In this document: piece by piece, positions 35,554 through 44,426 of the stretch
Layout: each line of letters opens with the position of its first letter
Numbering within the stretch: the first letter of the stretch is position 1
From: a virus
Length of the DNA stretch: 64,000 nucleotides
IMG/VR virus record: IMGVR_UViG_3300038856_000064
Span: 32,001-96,000 of that record
Direction: 5' to 3' (one strand)
Notes under the pieces: model-generated
Seen by the model: only the letters and a program-made list of their open reading frames with translations
What the model was told of the DNA's origin: nothing
The model's database searches: none
Position numbers and translations under genes: made by a program

Positions 35554-36232
35554 CGTTCTTACCTATAAACACAACCTCAGGATGCCACTGATCGTAAATG
35601 ATAGCGGAAGATTCACGGTATTCGCAATACCTATAGGTATGTTTGATATGCTTAATTTCCTCGTCCTCCATCACTGGACTTAGTAAACGCCCCGTCTGCT
35701 CGAAGATCTGTAATATATTTCTAGTTGGCGTAATCTTACTTTTATTCCAGGTATTACCATCCATAAATGGTTGTCCAGTGATTAAATCTTCTACTACGTA
35801 GAGACCGCCTTTTCTAACAAACGGAAATAGGGCACCTAGAGAAATCTGTTGGTGTGCCTGATCATGACTTCCGTCGTCCACAATGATGTCGAAAATTCCT
35901 ATTCCGAATTCATCAATCGCGCGCAATAGCTCTTTTCTATTGCCCTGATCGGCTATGGTGGTAAAGATACGATCGTGCTTTAGTAGGTGTGCAATTTCAT
36001 AGCATGTGGTAATATCAATGCCATGCACCTCAGCGTTAGGAAAATACTCAGCCCACGTTCGAAGCGAGCTACCCTTATTTGTCCCAATCTCAAGAATCTT
36101 AAGTGGCGCGTCTCTCTCAATTCCTTGGCGTTTAAAATACTCCAAGTAAAGTGGAAGATAACCCAACTCTAACTTGTCGGTTTGGAATTGTCTGGCGAAT
36201 TCCTTAAGTTCATCTAGATTATGATTGTTCAT
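35546..36232 (-). CDS. Class I SAM-dependent O-methyltransferase (MycE/TylE-like)
   Basis: TDK, ILEIG...GSSLRTWAEYFPNA..GID, DQ, DIIVDDGSH, GGLYVVED. Confidence 0.85.
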   Translation of the reverse strand: MNNHNLDELKEFARQFQTDKLELGYLPLYLEYFKRQGIERDAPLKILEIGTNKGSSLRTWAEYFPNAEVHGIDITTCYEIAHLLKHDRIFTTIADQGNRKELLRAIDEFGIGIFDIIVDDGSHDQAHQQISLGALFPFVRKGGLYVVEDLITGQPFMDGNTWNKSKITPTRNILQIFEQTGRLLSPVMEDEEIKHIKHTYRYCEYRESSAIIYDQWHPEVVFIGKNDD

Positions 36233-37355
36233 CTAATATTACCTTGAGTGTATCTATAACTCTAACAACATCATCATCTGTTAATTCTAGATGGATAGGA
36301 AGAGTCAATAGCTCGTTAGAAAGTTCATGTGCCACTGGACACGTATTCATACCATGCCTATACATACGATAAAAAGTATTGTCAATATAGTGGACGCCAG
36401 GGTAAATCTTCTCTTTGTTTAATGCCTCAACAACAGCGTCACGATTATAGACTGCCATCTGGAAGAGGTGACATGATGATTTTACGTTAGGATCTTCTAC
36501 AATTCCCCTAGTCTGATATGGAAAGTTATGCTTGTATTGAAGGGCAATATCTATGCGACGTTTATTATCTTCATCTAGATACTTTAGTCCTACTAATCCC
36601 AGGGCTGCCATTATGGCATTGCCATGGTACTTATAACCAACCTCTGGCACATCGTATCTCCACTTATAAGAGCCTCCACGCTCACTTCGCATAAATGTAT
36701 CCTTGTCGATACCTAGCCAGCTTAACTTGCGTGACTTGGCATCAAACTCGGCATCCTGAAAGCATACCATACCTGAGTCCGCCGTGGGGAGATTTTTCAC
36801 AGATTGAAAGCTAAAAACAGCAACATCTGCCTCGTTACCAATATGTCGTCCGTCAACCTCCGCTCCAGCGAGATGAGCAGCATCTAGAATAAATTTAAGT
36901 CCATGCTTCTTACAGATAGCGCGGATCTCGTTTAATGGCCCTGGGTTCCCTCCCATGCCCACATACATAACTGCCCGCGTCCTGGTAGTAATCTTGCTCT
37001 CGACCTCCTTAGGGTCCAGGCAGAGGGTCCTTTCGTCCACGTCAGCGAACACGGGGAATAGTCTCTCATAGAGGATAGCGTGGTTAGTTGACACAAACGT
37101 CAGGGGTGTGGTGATTATCTCGTCACCGTCACTCCACCCATAGGCATCCTTAAAAATTTTGACAGCTAGATGCAGTCCTGCTGTTGCCGAGTTAACAAAA
37201 TGAGCATGTGGTAATCCAGTATACTTTTTCCAGGCTTGCTCAAATTCGACTGTCTTACCACCAAGACCAGTCCAACCAGCGTCAAGACATTCCCGAATAG
37301 ACTTTAGGCACTCTTCTACTCTATAAATCGGTTTTAGGACCTGCAAGCTCTTCAT
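36219..37355 (-). CDS. DegT/DnrJ/EryC1/StrS NDP-sugar aminotransferase
   Basis: NSATAGLHL, TPLTFVST, DAAH, FSFQSVKNLPTADSG (Lys intact), GVHY, LTLPIH. Confidence 0.93.
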   Translation of the reverse strand: MKSLQVLKPIYRVEECLKSIRECLDAGWTGLGGKTVEFEQAWKKYTGLPHAHFVNSATAGLHLAVKIFKDAYGWSDGDEIITTPLTFVSTNHAILYERLFPVFADVDERTLCLDPKEVESKITTRTRAVMYVGMGGNPGPLNEIRAICKKHGLKFILDAAHLAGAEVDGRHIGNEADVAVFSFQSVKNLPTADSGMVCFQDAEFDAKSRKLSWLGIDKDTFMRSERGGSYKWRYDVPEVGYKYHGNAIMAALGLVGLKYLDEDNKRRIDIALQYKHNFPYQTRGIVEDPNVKSSCHLFQMAVYNRDAVVEALNKEKIYPGVHYIDNTFYRMYRHGMNTCPVAHELSNELLTLPIHLELTDDDVVRVIDTLKVILDEQS

Positions 37356-37609
37356 TAAATAAAATCCCTCATATCATTCATAGTATGCTCGACAACCCTA
37401 GCGCTATCCCACCAATCAAAATGATCTAGATGATTCTTCATCTCTTCTTCTGAATCATCTTTAAAAAGATCTCTTAGCCACGCATGACCATCAGCGTTGT
37501 ATTTATCACAAGCCTCCTGTGCTGCCTCCTCTGTATCAAAGATGCCCAGAAGATTATAACCCTCATCATTTGAGTTAATGACAGTGTATACTGTTCTATG
37601 TGTATCCAT
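37355..37609 (-). CDS. Hypothetical protein
   Basis: 84-aa ORF with LLGIFDTEEAA. Confidence 0.55.
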   Translation of the reverse strand: MDTHRTVYTVINSNDEGYNLLGIFDTEEAAQEACDKYNADGHAWLRDLFKDDSEEEMKNHLDHFDWWDSARVVEHTMNDMRDFI

Positions 37610-38318
37610 ATTTCATCCTCATTGCGCGCTTATCAGATTCTAGTTGTTTTGGGATATCTAGATTTTGTGTTAATTGAGATTCCCACATCCTAACGACAAC
37701 ATCTGGTAGTAAATGAATCGCTGGTGGACCAGCTTGCCTATAAAGCTGAATCCACATATCACAATCCATCGCATATAAAATTTTAGGATCACACTTAAGA
37801 GTTAAGCTACTATCAAACATTATAGCGCTCGGGCATCCTATCTGATTAACACCTTCTACCATAGCCTTCTCCCCAGGCCATCTAGGTTGATGTGGGCGCT
37901 CTCTTTTTACCCCCTCAGAGTCAGTATGGGTGCACATACTTGCGAGCCATTTAGCGTCGCTTTTTTCTAGTGTTGCAACCATGTCTGCAATTGCCGTTCT
38001 GCTATCTAGTAGGTCATCTTGATTCATAATCTTAATATAACGATGTCCGCAATTCACACCCAGTCCTATAGCACTATTGGTATTAGCTGCTGGTCCCCTG
38101 CCACTACATCCAATAACCCTACATTCTTTTGTGCATTTAGATAACTCAGACATCATACGCTTATTTCCCGCAATATCTTCACTAGGCTGAATAGATGCTA
38201 ATACGAGAATACTTGAATAGGTCTGAATATTGATGGAGTGAATCAGCTCACCTAACACTCTAGGTGTCTCTGGTCCTGAATAATAAATAGGAATGCAGAT
38301 TGAGACTAGTGGCTTCAT
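37596..38318 (-). CDS. Glycosyltransferase family 2
   Basis: PLVSICIPIY, QTY, AANTNSAI, KIMNQDD, IGCPS, MDCDMW. Confidence 0.85.
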   Translation of the reverse strand: MKPLVSICIPIYYSGPETPRVLGELIHSINIQTYSSILVLASIQPSEDIAGNKRMMSELSKCTKECRVIGCSGRGPAANTNSAIGLGVNCGHRYIKIMNQDDLLDSRTAIADMVATLEKSDAKWLASMCTHTDSEGVKRERPHQPRWPGEKAMVEGVNQIGCPSAIMFDSSLTLKCDPKILYAMDCDMWIQLYRQAGPPAIHLLPDVVVRMWESQLTQNLDIPKQLESDKRAMRMKYGYT

Positions 38319-39223
38319 AGAATTTCATTATCCTTACACCAAGATATTATAGTTTCTGCGCGATTTTTGTACGAGTGATTCGCGTGCATATACTCCATCA
38401 AGCGCTGACCATTCTCTCGCATTTCCTTAAGCCTATTCGGATGGCAAAACTCGACATCCTTAATCATTCTTTCTAGTTGCTCAAACGAATCAAAACACTG
38501 AACAGAATCATCTAGAAAATCAGGGATAAATTCTTTGAAATCCTCATAGCTAGCGCGATCCATCAAAAGATTAGTGCCACAACCAGCCGTTTCCCAGGGG
38601 CGTCCTGGTACCAGCCCCCTACATGCATCCTGATTGATATGTATCATTGTATATAGCTGATTAGTCTCGTCGATCAGCGCCTCGCCGAAAACGCCATTCA
38701 CGCAACGAACCTTCTCTAGTAGCTTTTCTCTCTCGGCAGTTATACTTCCTACAAACCCTATCGTAAACTGCTTTAGTATTTCTGGCTTACGCCTATGAAT
38801 TTGTGGAGAGCATGCGTATGGTAAATGTAATACTGGACTAGGTGTTCTTTCTTTAAATCGATCAACAAATAATTTGTTAGCAACTAGATAGCCATGATAA
38901 CTATCACCGAATGCCTTTTTGAATGATTGCTCTGGATGATAACTTACGTCAAAATCCCAATATAGTCTTGGAATGTACTTAAGGTTATGGTGGTAGAACA
39001 AGGAACTATAACCGGACATTCCATCGTTCATCTCAGTAACTATAAGAAGGTCAAACTCCTCTTCTCGGGCTTCTTTAGCACCTAGGAATCTATACGGCTC
39101 TTCATAAAAGTTTCCATAAAAAATAGCCTCGTGACCTGCTTGCTTAAATCCCTCAACTAATTGCTGAGCCGTGCAGCGGTCTGGTTGTTGGGGAATACAT
39201 CTCCCGGTTACTAGGACTTTCAT
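38315..39223 (-). CDS. CgeB-like GT-B glycosyltransferase
   Basis: Start moved to MKVLVTG; HLPYAC, IGFVGS..R, RPWETAGCG, NHSYKNRA. Confidence 0.8.
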   Translation of the reverse strand: MKVLVTGRCIPQQPDRCTAQQLVEGFKQAGHEAIFYGNFYEEPYRFLGAKEAREEEFDLLIVTEMNDGMSGYSSLFYHHNLKYIPRLYWDFDVSYHPEQSFKKAFGDSYHGYLVANKLFVDRFKERTPSPVLHLPYACSPQIHRRKPEILKQFTIGFVGSITAEREKLLEKVRCVNGVFGEALIDETNQLYTMIHINQDACRGLVPGRPWETAGCGTNLLMDRASYEDFKEFIPDFLDDSVQCFDSFEQLERMIKDVEFCHPNRLKEMRENGQRLMEYMHANHSYKNRAETIISWCKDNEIL

Positions 39224-39339
39224 ACTATCAACCCAATAATAAGCCATGTGACAAGAAGGACTAAAAATAAAGTAATACTTCTTCTCATATGACGACGTTC
39301 TTCTTTTGAAGAGTAATAATCTTTTGGAGGATATGTCAT
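39220..39339 (-). CDS. 39-aa single-pass membrane microprotein (not in the ORF track)
   Basis: MTYPPKDYYSSKEERRHMRRSITLFLVLLVTWLIIGLIV; ATGA-coupled at both ends. Confidence 0.65.
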   Translation of the reverse strand: MTYPPKDYYSSKEERRHMRRSITLFLVLLVTWLIIGLIV

Positions 39340-39863
39340 ACTCCCACCTCATCTATAACCCTACAAAGAATGCTATCCAAGTTCTTTTCGACACTAGGAT
39401 TACCAAGGTTTATGATTGGGATATTGTTTTCTCTAGCGACACGCATAGCTAATGCAGTACCACCTACATATTTGCCCTCATCAGTATAACAAATTACTAA
39501 ATCAGATGGGGTTTTTAAATCTACACCTAGAACCTGAAATATATTACGTTGCTTGATACGCTTTACACCCTGAGATATATCATCGTTAGCATAGGGGTCA
39601 TGACGATAAACAAGGTCGAGTGCATCGTCGCGTAACTCTTCTGTATGAGCACGCCCAAGAATTGGCAGCTCCTTATTGAAGGTGCTCCATGGCATGTATA
39701 TTATACAGTGATCTCTAGCGCCACGCTCGAAAGCATAATCTGCTCCTTCTGCATGTCCTGAGCGAATCCACCATCCACGCTCGCGTGCTTCTGCGCCGAG
39801 TTCTACAAATAGGTCGCAAATTTCAGGTGTAGTGTTACGCGAGCCAATTCCGGTAATTATCAA
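39336..39863 (-). CDS. SLOG superfamily (DprA/YspA-like) nucleotide-binding protein
   Basis: ITGIGSRNTT, RSGHAEGADYAFE, RNIFQVLG, GGTALA. Confidence 0.8.
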   Translation of the reverse strand: MIITGIGSRNTTPEICDLFVELGAEARERGWWIRSGHAEGADYAFERGARDHCIIYMPWSTFNKELPILGRAHTEELRDDALDLVYRHDPYANDDISQGVKRIKQRNIFQVLGVDLKTPSDLVICYTDEGKYVGGTALAMRVARENNIPIINLGNPSVEKNLDSILCRVIDEVGV

Positions 39864-40057
39864 TCCAATAACTCCTGCAATTCTTTAATCCACTGCCGAA
39901 AACCTTCGCGGTCTAAGGTGGCATAAAAATATCCATCACATTCCTCAGTAATGCAAAATTCATTGTCATCGATTTTCTCTACTGATACAACACTTCGAGA
40001 AAGTAAAAAATTACTAACCGATTCTAATCCGCGCCAATTATCTTCATCTTCGTTCAT
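39860..40057 (-). CDS. Hypothetical protein
   Basis: 65-aa acidic ORF, ATGA coupled. Confidence 0.55.
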   Translation of the reverse strand: MNEDEDNWRGLESVSNFLLSRSVVSVEKIDDNEFCITEECDGYFYATLDREGFRQWIKELQELLD

Positions 40058-40584
40058 AGTTTTATGTCACTCCCCTTACGATCCGAAACTTCATTAAACT
40101 TCTGACGAACTAGATCTTCTAATTTAAGACCAAAACGAGTAGCAACTAGATCAGCATATATAACTACATCGGCGATCTCCTTTCCGATTTCTTCTAAAGG
40201 AATATTGCCATCGCGCTTCATCTTCTTGGTGAGATTACATAACTCGCCTACCTCCCCAGCGAGGGCATTGGTCCACTCGCCAGGAGACCAATCTGTTAGT
40301 CCCTCGTCGTGTTTAAAAGCTGTTATGGCACGCTCGTAACCTACGCGACGTAGTTTACTAAAGCAAAGACTACCGATATCTTCTAATACCTGGACATCTC
40401 TTTCCACTACCTCTGACATATTAAACGAAAGTGGACAACTCTTTATGTCCTCATATGGAACTATAGAGTATATGTCATATTCATCTAGAATATCAAATGT
40501 AACTTGCCCAACCTTTAGAACCTTGACAATCTTATTAGTGGGCGTATGTATTACAAAATCTCCTACTTCTATTTTATCGCTCAT
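40054..40584 (-). CDS. mazG: MazG-like NTP pyrophosphohydrolase with N-terminal SH3/KOW-like domain
   Basis: LAGEVGELCN...KEIADVVIY...KFNEVS. Confidence 0.85.
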   Translation of the reverse strand: MSDKIEVGDFVIHTPTNKIVKVLKVGQVTFDILDEYDIYSIVPYEDIKSCPLSFNMSEVVERDVQVLEDIGSLCFSKLRRVGYERAITAFKHDEGLTDWSPGEWTNALAGEVGELCNLTKKMKRDGNIPLEEIGKEIADVVIYADLVATRFGLKLEDLVRQKFNEVSDRKGSDIKL

Positions 40585-40585
40585 A

Positions 40586-41620
40586 TTATAACCTATATGG
40601 ATGATGTGGATGTGACTCTCGTAAAGTGTTGCCTGTAACAACTACAAACTCGGCACGATTTCTCAACGACTCAATATTGCGAGCGCCGCTATAGCTAAAG
40701 CCACTACGAATACCAGCTTCAAGATTCTGCAAAGTATCAGCAACGGGACCTCGGTAAGGAACTTTTGCGCTGACACCCTCAACTCTAGGAGTTCTCTCAC
40801 CCCTCTTTTCTTTTTGTGCCGCATATGATGCTGAGCCTCTAAAAGTTTTGTATGTTAAGCCATTTTCAACTAGACGATCTCCTGGAGCCTCATCTGTCCC
40901 AGCAAGCAGTGCCCCTAGCATTACTGCATCAGCGCCGGCTGCCAAACCCTTAACAATGTCGCCTGAATACCTGATACCACCATCACCTATGATGGAGACA
41001 CGCCTATCATTATTCCCCCTCAGTCCTTCTAGCCTTAGGGTTATATCGACGTCTTCAATAGCACTAAGTTGAGGAAAACCATGTCCACTCACAACTCTAG
41101 TTGAACAAACGCTGCCAGGTCCAATACCAACCTTAATGATATTAGCTCCAGCTTCAACTAAGCGAAGGGCAGCCATTCCCGTAGCAACATTGCCTGCAAT
41201 GATATCGGTGTCTGGACAAATCCCCCTAACTCTGTGAATAAATTCAGCTACACGCTCATGATCACCATGAGCTACGTCTACACAAATCATATCAAAAGCA
41301 AGCGGATTTATACATAGAGAAAAATCCCCCTCTGAAATGCCACGAGAAACAATACGTGGGGCACCAACCTCTTTGCACATATTTAGCCATCGTTGTTGCC
41401 AATGACTGTCGGCAAATCGATGTAGGACACCGGCGCCACCCGCCTGATGCATTGCAACTGCCATCTCGCCCTCAGTGACCGTATCCATATTAGAAGATAA
41501 GATCGGCAGGGTCAGCTTAATCCTACCTACAGTAGTACTAATATCTACATCATTTCTAGATGCAATATCCGAGTGCTGTGGCACGAGGAGCACGTCATCA
41601 AAACTATAGGCTGGCTTCAT
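40586..41620 (-). CDS. guaB: IMP dehydrogenase / GMP reductase family (no CBS domains)
   Basis: [66 protein letters not shown] versus GMPR is unresolved. Confidence 0.85.
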   Translation of the reverse strand: MKPAYSFDDVLLVPQHSDIASRNDVDISTTVGRIKLTLPILSSNMDTVTEGEMAVAMHQAGGAGVLHRFADSHWQQRWLNMCKEVGAPRIVSRGISEGDFSLCINPLAFDMICVDVAHGDHERVAEFIHRVRGICPDTDIIAGNVATGMAALRLVEAGANIIKVGIGPGSVCSTRVVSGHGFPQLSAIEDVDITLRLEGLRGNNDRRVSIIGDGGIRYSGDIVKGLAAGADAVMLGALLAGTDEAPGDRLVENGLTYKTFRGSASYAAQKEKRGERTPRVEGVSAKVPYRGPVADTLQNLEAGIRSGFSYSGARNIESLRNRAEFVVVTGNTLRESHPHHPYRL

Positions 41621-41621
41621 T

Positions 41622-42299
41622 CTAATTTTCATTAAATATCTCGTGGTGTTCAGGGTGTAATCGCTCTCCGTTTGGGCCAATAATTGAACCGACAAAATCA
41701 TCCCCCTGGCGTGGAATAGGAAACGTCATACAGTGACGGTGAATATCGCTAGTTGGATAAATCTTATGTGCAACTAGAGGATAGACATACTCTTTCAAAA
41801 AATCCTGGTCACATTGCCAGGCGTCTTTATATTGTTTTGCGAATTCTTTTATCATGGGCGCCATTTGTAGACAGGCATGCCTTTTCATTCCGAACATGCC
41901 ACCCATCAGTCCCAACCTTGGATTAAAATGATAGGGGTGATCAGCCATTGAGTGGACAAGTTTGGTACTCTGCATCCATTCTTCAACGGCAAGAGCTTCT
42001 CGCTTACTTAATCTTGAGTCGCAGTCTCTAGAAATAAAAATATCCACGTCATCTTCACTAGCGGGAAGAAATCTTGCAAACATACCCTTCCAGCCCTCTA
42101 GCCCCTTGGGTATTTCTACCACGTCTGCGCCTAGCTCAACTAGACGGATTATAATATCTGACGGCACTGAGTCTAAATCAATATAAAACCTACACCCCCA
42201 TCCTGGATAAATCTTGGGTGCAAGCTCGGCATTACGGATCGCACCTACCGTATATTTTTCTTCGCTCCCCCAAAGTGAAAAGGTAATACGTTTCTTCAT
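41622..42299 (-). CDS. Putative GT-A glycosyltransferase-like protein
   Basis: ITFSLWG..KY..GAI.NA, GMFARF, SRDCDSR (DxD), DHPYH, GGMFG, DQDFL. Confidence 0.6.
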   Translation of the reverse strand: MKKRITFSLWGSEEKYTVGAIRNAELAPKIYPGWGCRFYIDLDSVPSDIIIRLVELGADVVEIPKGLEGWKGMFARFLPASEDDVDIFISRDCDSRLSKREALAVEEWMQSTKLVHSMADHPYHFNPRLGLMGGMFGMKRHACLQMAPMIKEFAKQYKDAWQCDQDFLKEYVYPLVAHKIYPTSDIHRHCMTFPIPRQGDDFVGSIIGPNGERLHPEHHEIFNEN

Positions 42300-42305
42300 A
42301 TCTCT

Positions 42306-42333
42306 ATTGTGTGTCTATCGGTCAAATTCGTGC
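42306..42333 (-). promoter_or_regulatory. Phage promoter class B, leaderless
   Basis: GCACGAA-N11-GACACACAAT-N6-ATG. Confidence 0.7.
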
Positions 42334-43133
42334 AGAAAATCTTTATACCGCTTATAGTAATCCGGTGACGCAAACTTCGTGTCGTTCTCTAACGCTATGA
42401 TAGAAGGGCTACTAGGAAAAAACTCCTCGATGGCGCGCAAAGCCTCAAAATTACTTCTTTCCTTATCTGATTGTTCTAGTGAGTCTGGTCTTTGATTATA
42501 AATACTTAGGCACGAGGGAATAGAAATACCAGAAACACCTAGAGACATAAAGTATAGGACGAGCCAATAGTCAAAAGCCGATCGATATTCCATCCCAGCC
42601 TTAAACATACGCCTCCAGTCCACGAGATCCCGCAACTTATTATCCCAATGCACATGCACGCCGCAACGAAAGAACTGTTGTAGGTCGAGAGACGAATAGG
42701 TAGGCGGAACCCCCTTAGCGATCACCCTATCATTTACTCTTGTCTCATAACCTCCATAGTAAAAGTGACTCTTTTCTTGGCGCAACATTCTATTTCTTCT
42801 AGATGCTTCGTAGGCAGCCTGCAAAATCTGAATCCCTCTCCATGGAAATGATCTATCATCCGTATTTGAATTGGTGACGATCCTTCCTTTGGCGCAATGC
42901 CATCCAACCAACCAACTAAATCCATATGGTGTTCTTTTAGGCTGCTCAATAAGCTTAATGCGCGAATCCTTCTCACGCCACTTCTTGATTATCTCTACAC
43001 TGCCATCCGTTGATGCGCTATCTACAATGATATGCTCGAAGTCTTGAATAGTTTGTTGTAAGGTATTTTCTATCAGTCCATCTAGAAACTGTTCAGAGTT
43101 GTAGCAAGAGGTGATAAAGCTAACTTCGGGCAT
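42315..43133 (-). CDS. Glycosyltransferase family 2
   Basis: VSFITSCYN, QQT..DFEHIIVDSASTDGS, NSNTDD, AFDYW. Confidence 0.9.
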   Translation of the reverse strand: MPEVSFITSCYNSEQFLDGLIENTLQQTIQDFEHIIVDSASTDGSVEIIKKWREKDSRIKLIEQPKRTPYGFSWLVGWHCAKGRIVTNSNTDDRSFPWRGIQILQAAYEASRRNRMLRQEKSHFYYGGYETRVNDRVIAKGVPPTYSSLDLQQFFRCGVHVHWDNKLRDLVDWRRMFKAGMEYRSAFDYWLVLYFMSLGVSGISIPSCLSIYNQRPDSLEQSDKERSNFEALRAIEEFFPSSPSIIALENDTKFASPDYYKRYKDFLHEFDR

Positions 43134-43134
43134 A

Positions 43135-43374
43135 TCACTCTACTAGATCAAATACATACACTACGCCATGTTCTTCATGATCGTGTCGATTAATGGTAAC
43201 GACTCGTGGATCATTACCGACCTTGGTGATCGTATCTAGAAAGCGTTGTTGCTTTACTTTACTCTTGAAGTCATCCTCGGAAGGCCAAACTGATAATTTG
43301 CTGTCCCCAGCATCCAAAGCCTCGGTTACCCAGCGATGACGCCTTGGTTTATCTGGTAATTTTGCTTCAGTCAT
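43135..43374 (-). CDS. Hypothetical protein
   Basis: 79-aa ORF. Confidence 0.55.
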   Translation of the reverse strand: MTEAKLPDKPRRHRWVTEALDAGDSKLSVWPSEDDFKSKVKQQRFLDTITKVGNDPRVVTINRHDHEEHGVVYVFDLVE

Positions 43375-43376
43375 TG

Positions 43377-44426
43377 TTATACCTCTACAGTGTTAAAGAA
43401 CTTATCATACCCCTGCTTCTTTTCTTTTGCGAAGATCCAAATTAATGGAATATCTTTTAGGTTATATGGCTCTACACCATCAGGTCCATCAAAGTAGGCT
43501 AAATCTTTACGAGCTAAAAAAGAATCCCTATGTTTGGTGACTGAATGCCCCTCCATAATTAGAGGATGCTTGTTGTCAAACCTTAATACCGTATCCAAAT
43601 CCTCAGTTTGATTTAAATACTCATCAGTTTGTCCACCACGCGCATATGCGCCAACGTCACCATGTTTATCCTGCCCCAATTCCTTATCATAAAATTCCTT
43701 CTTTGCCCTGATCTCTTCATTATTATCCTTACAATACGAATAATGATATACTACAAAACTAGGTAGGACAAACCTACGACTTAGATAGCGAGGATCAAAG
43801 TAAGTGCAAACTCCATTTGCATCGCGAGCTACAGGATGATTAGCGTAATTTAGCCCCGGCTGAAAGCGAATAAAGCGCTGGTGTTGTTGGCCCCAGTCGC
43901 CACTCGGTTTACGAATATGATAGGCATCGCGCCAGAAGTGATAGAATCCAGCAGGGACAAATTCGGTAGCCCATGGCTCAATAGAGATTGCCTTGCGTAG
44001 CTCATCAACAACCTCTGGATGGATGAACTCGTCAGCATCAGTAATGAGCATCCAATCTCCCTCTTGCATATACTGAAAGAAGGTGTTCTTAAGTTCTTCT
44101 AGATCCTGCCAAGGGCGATCGATCTGCACAAAAACGATCTTACGATCTGGGTCTTTATTGTCCTTGACATCCTTGATGATCTCAACCGTGCGATCTAACG
44201 AATGACCATCTGGCGTCGCCTGCCCTGCGGCGACCTTGCTTTGGACAGCACCCTCAATAACGACAATACGATCTACCTTATCGTAAAGCTGAAGCATACA
44301 AGCTTCAATAAGCTTCTCCTCATTACAGGCTTGGATACATTGCACAATTTTAGGTTGCTTGTCGATGGCATCACAGATAGCACCAACTTGGTTGGGTAAA
44401 TTATTATTAAACGGGTTATCAGACAT
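43377..44426 (-). CDS. GT2-like glycosyltransferase
   Basis: ACNEEKLI, VIEG...SLDRT, WMLITDADE, HYSY. Confidence 0.8.
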   Translation of the reverse strand: MSDNPFNNNLPNQVGAICDAIDKQPKIVQCIQACNEEKLIEACMLQLYDKVDRIVVIEGAVQSKVAAGQATPDGHSLDRTVEIIKDVKDNKDPDRKIVFVQIDRPWQDLEELKNTFFQYMQEGDWMLITDADEFIHPEVVDELRKAISIEPWATEFVPAGFYHFWRDAYHIRKPSGDWGQQHQRFIRFQPGLNYANHPVARDANGVCTYFDPRYLSRRFVLPSFVVYHYSYCKDNNEEIRAKKEFYDKELGQDKHGDVGAYARGGQTDEYLNQTEDLDTVLRFDNKHPLIMEGHSVTKHRDSFLARKDLAYFDGPDGVEPYNLKDIPLIWIFAKEKKQGYDKFFNTVEV

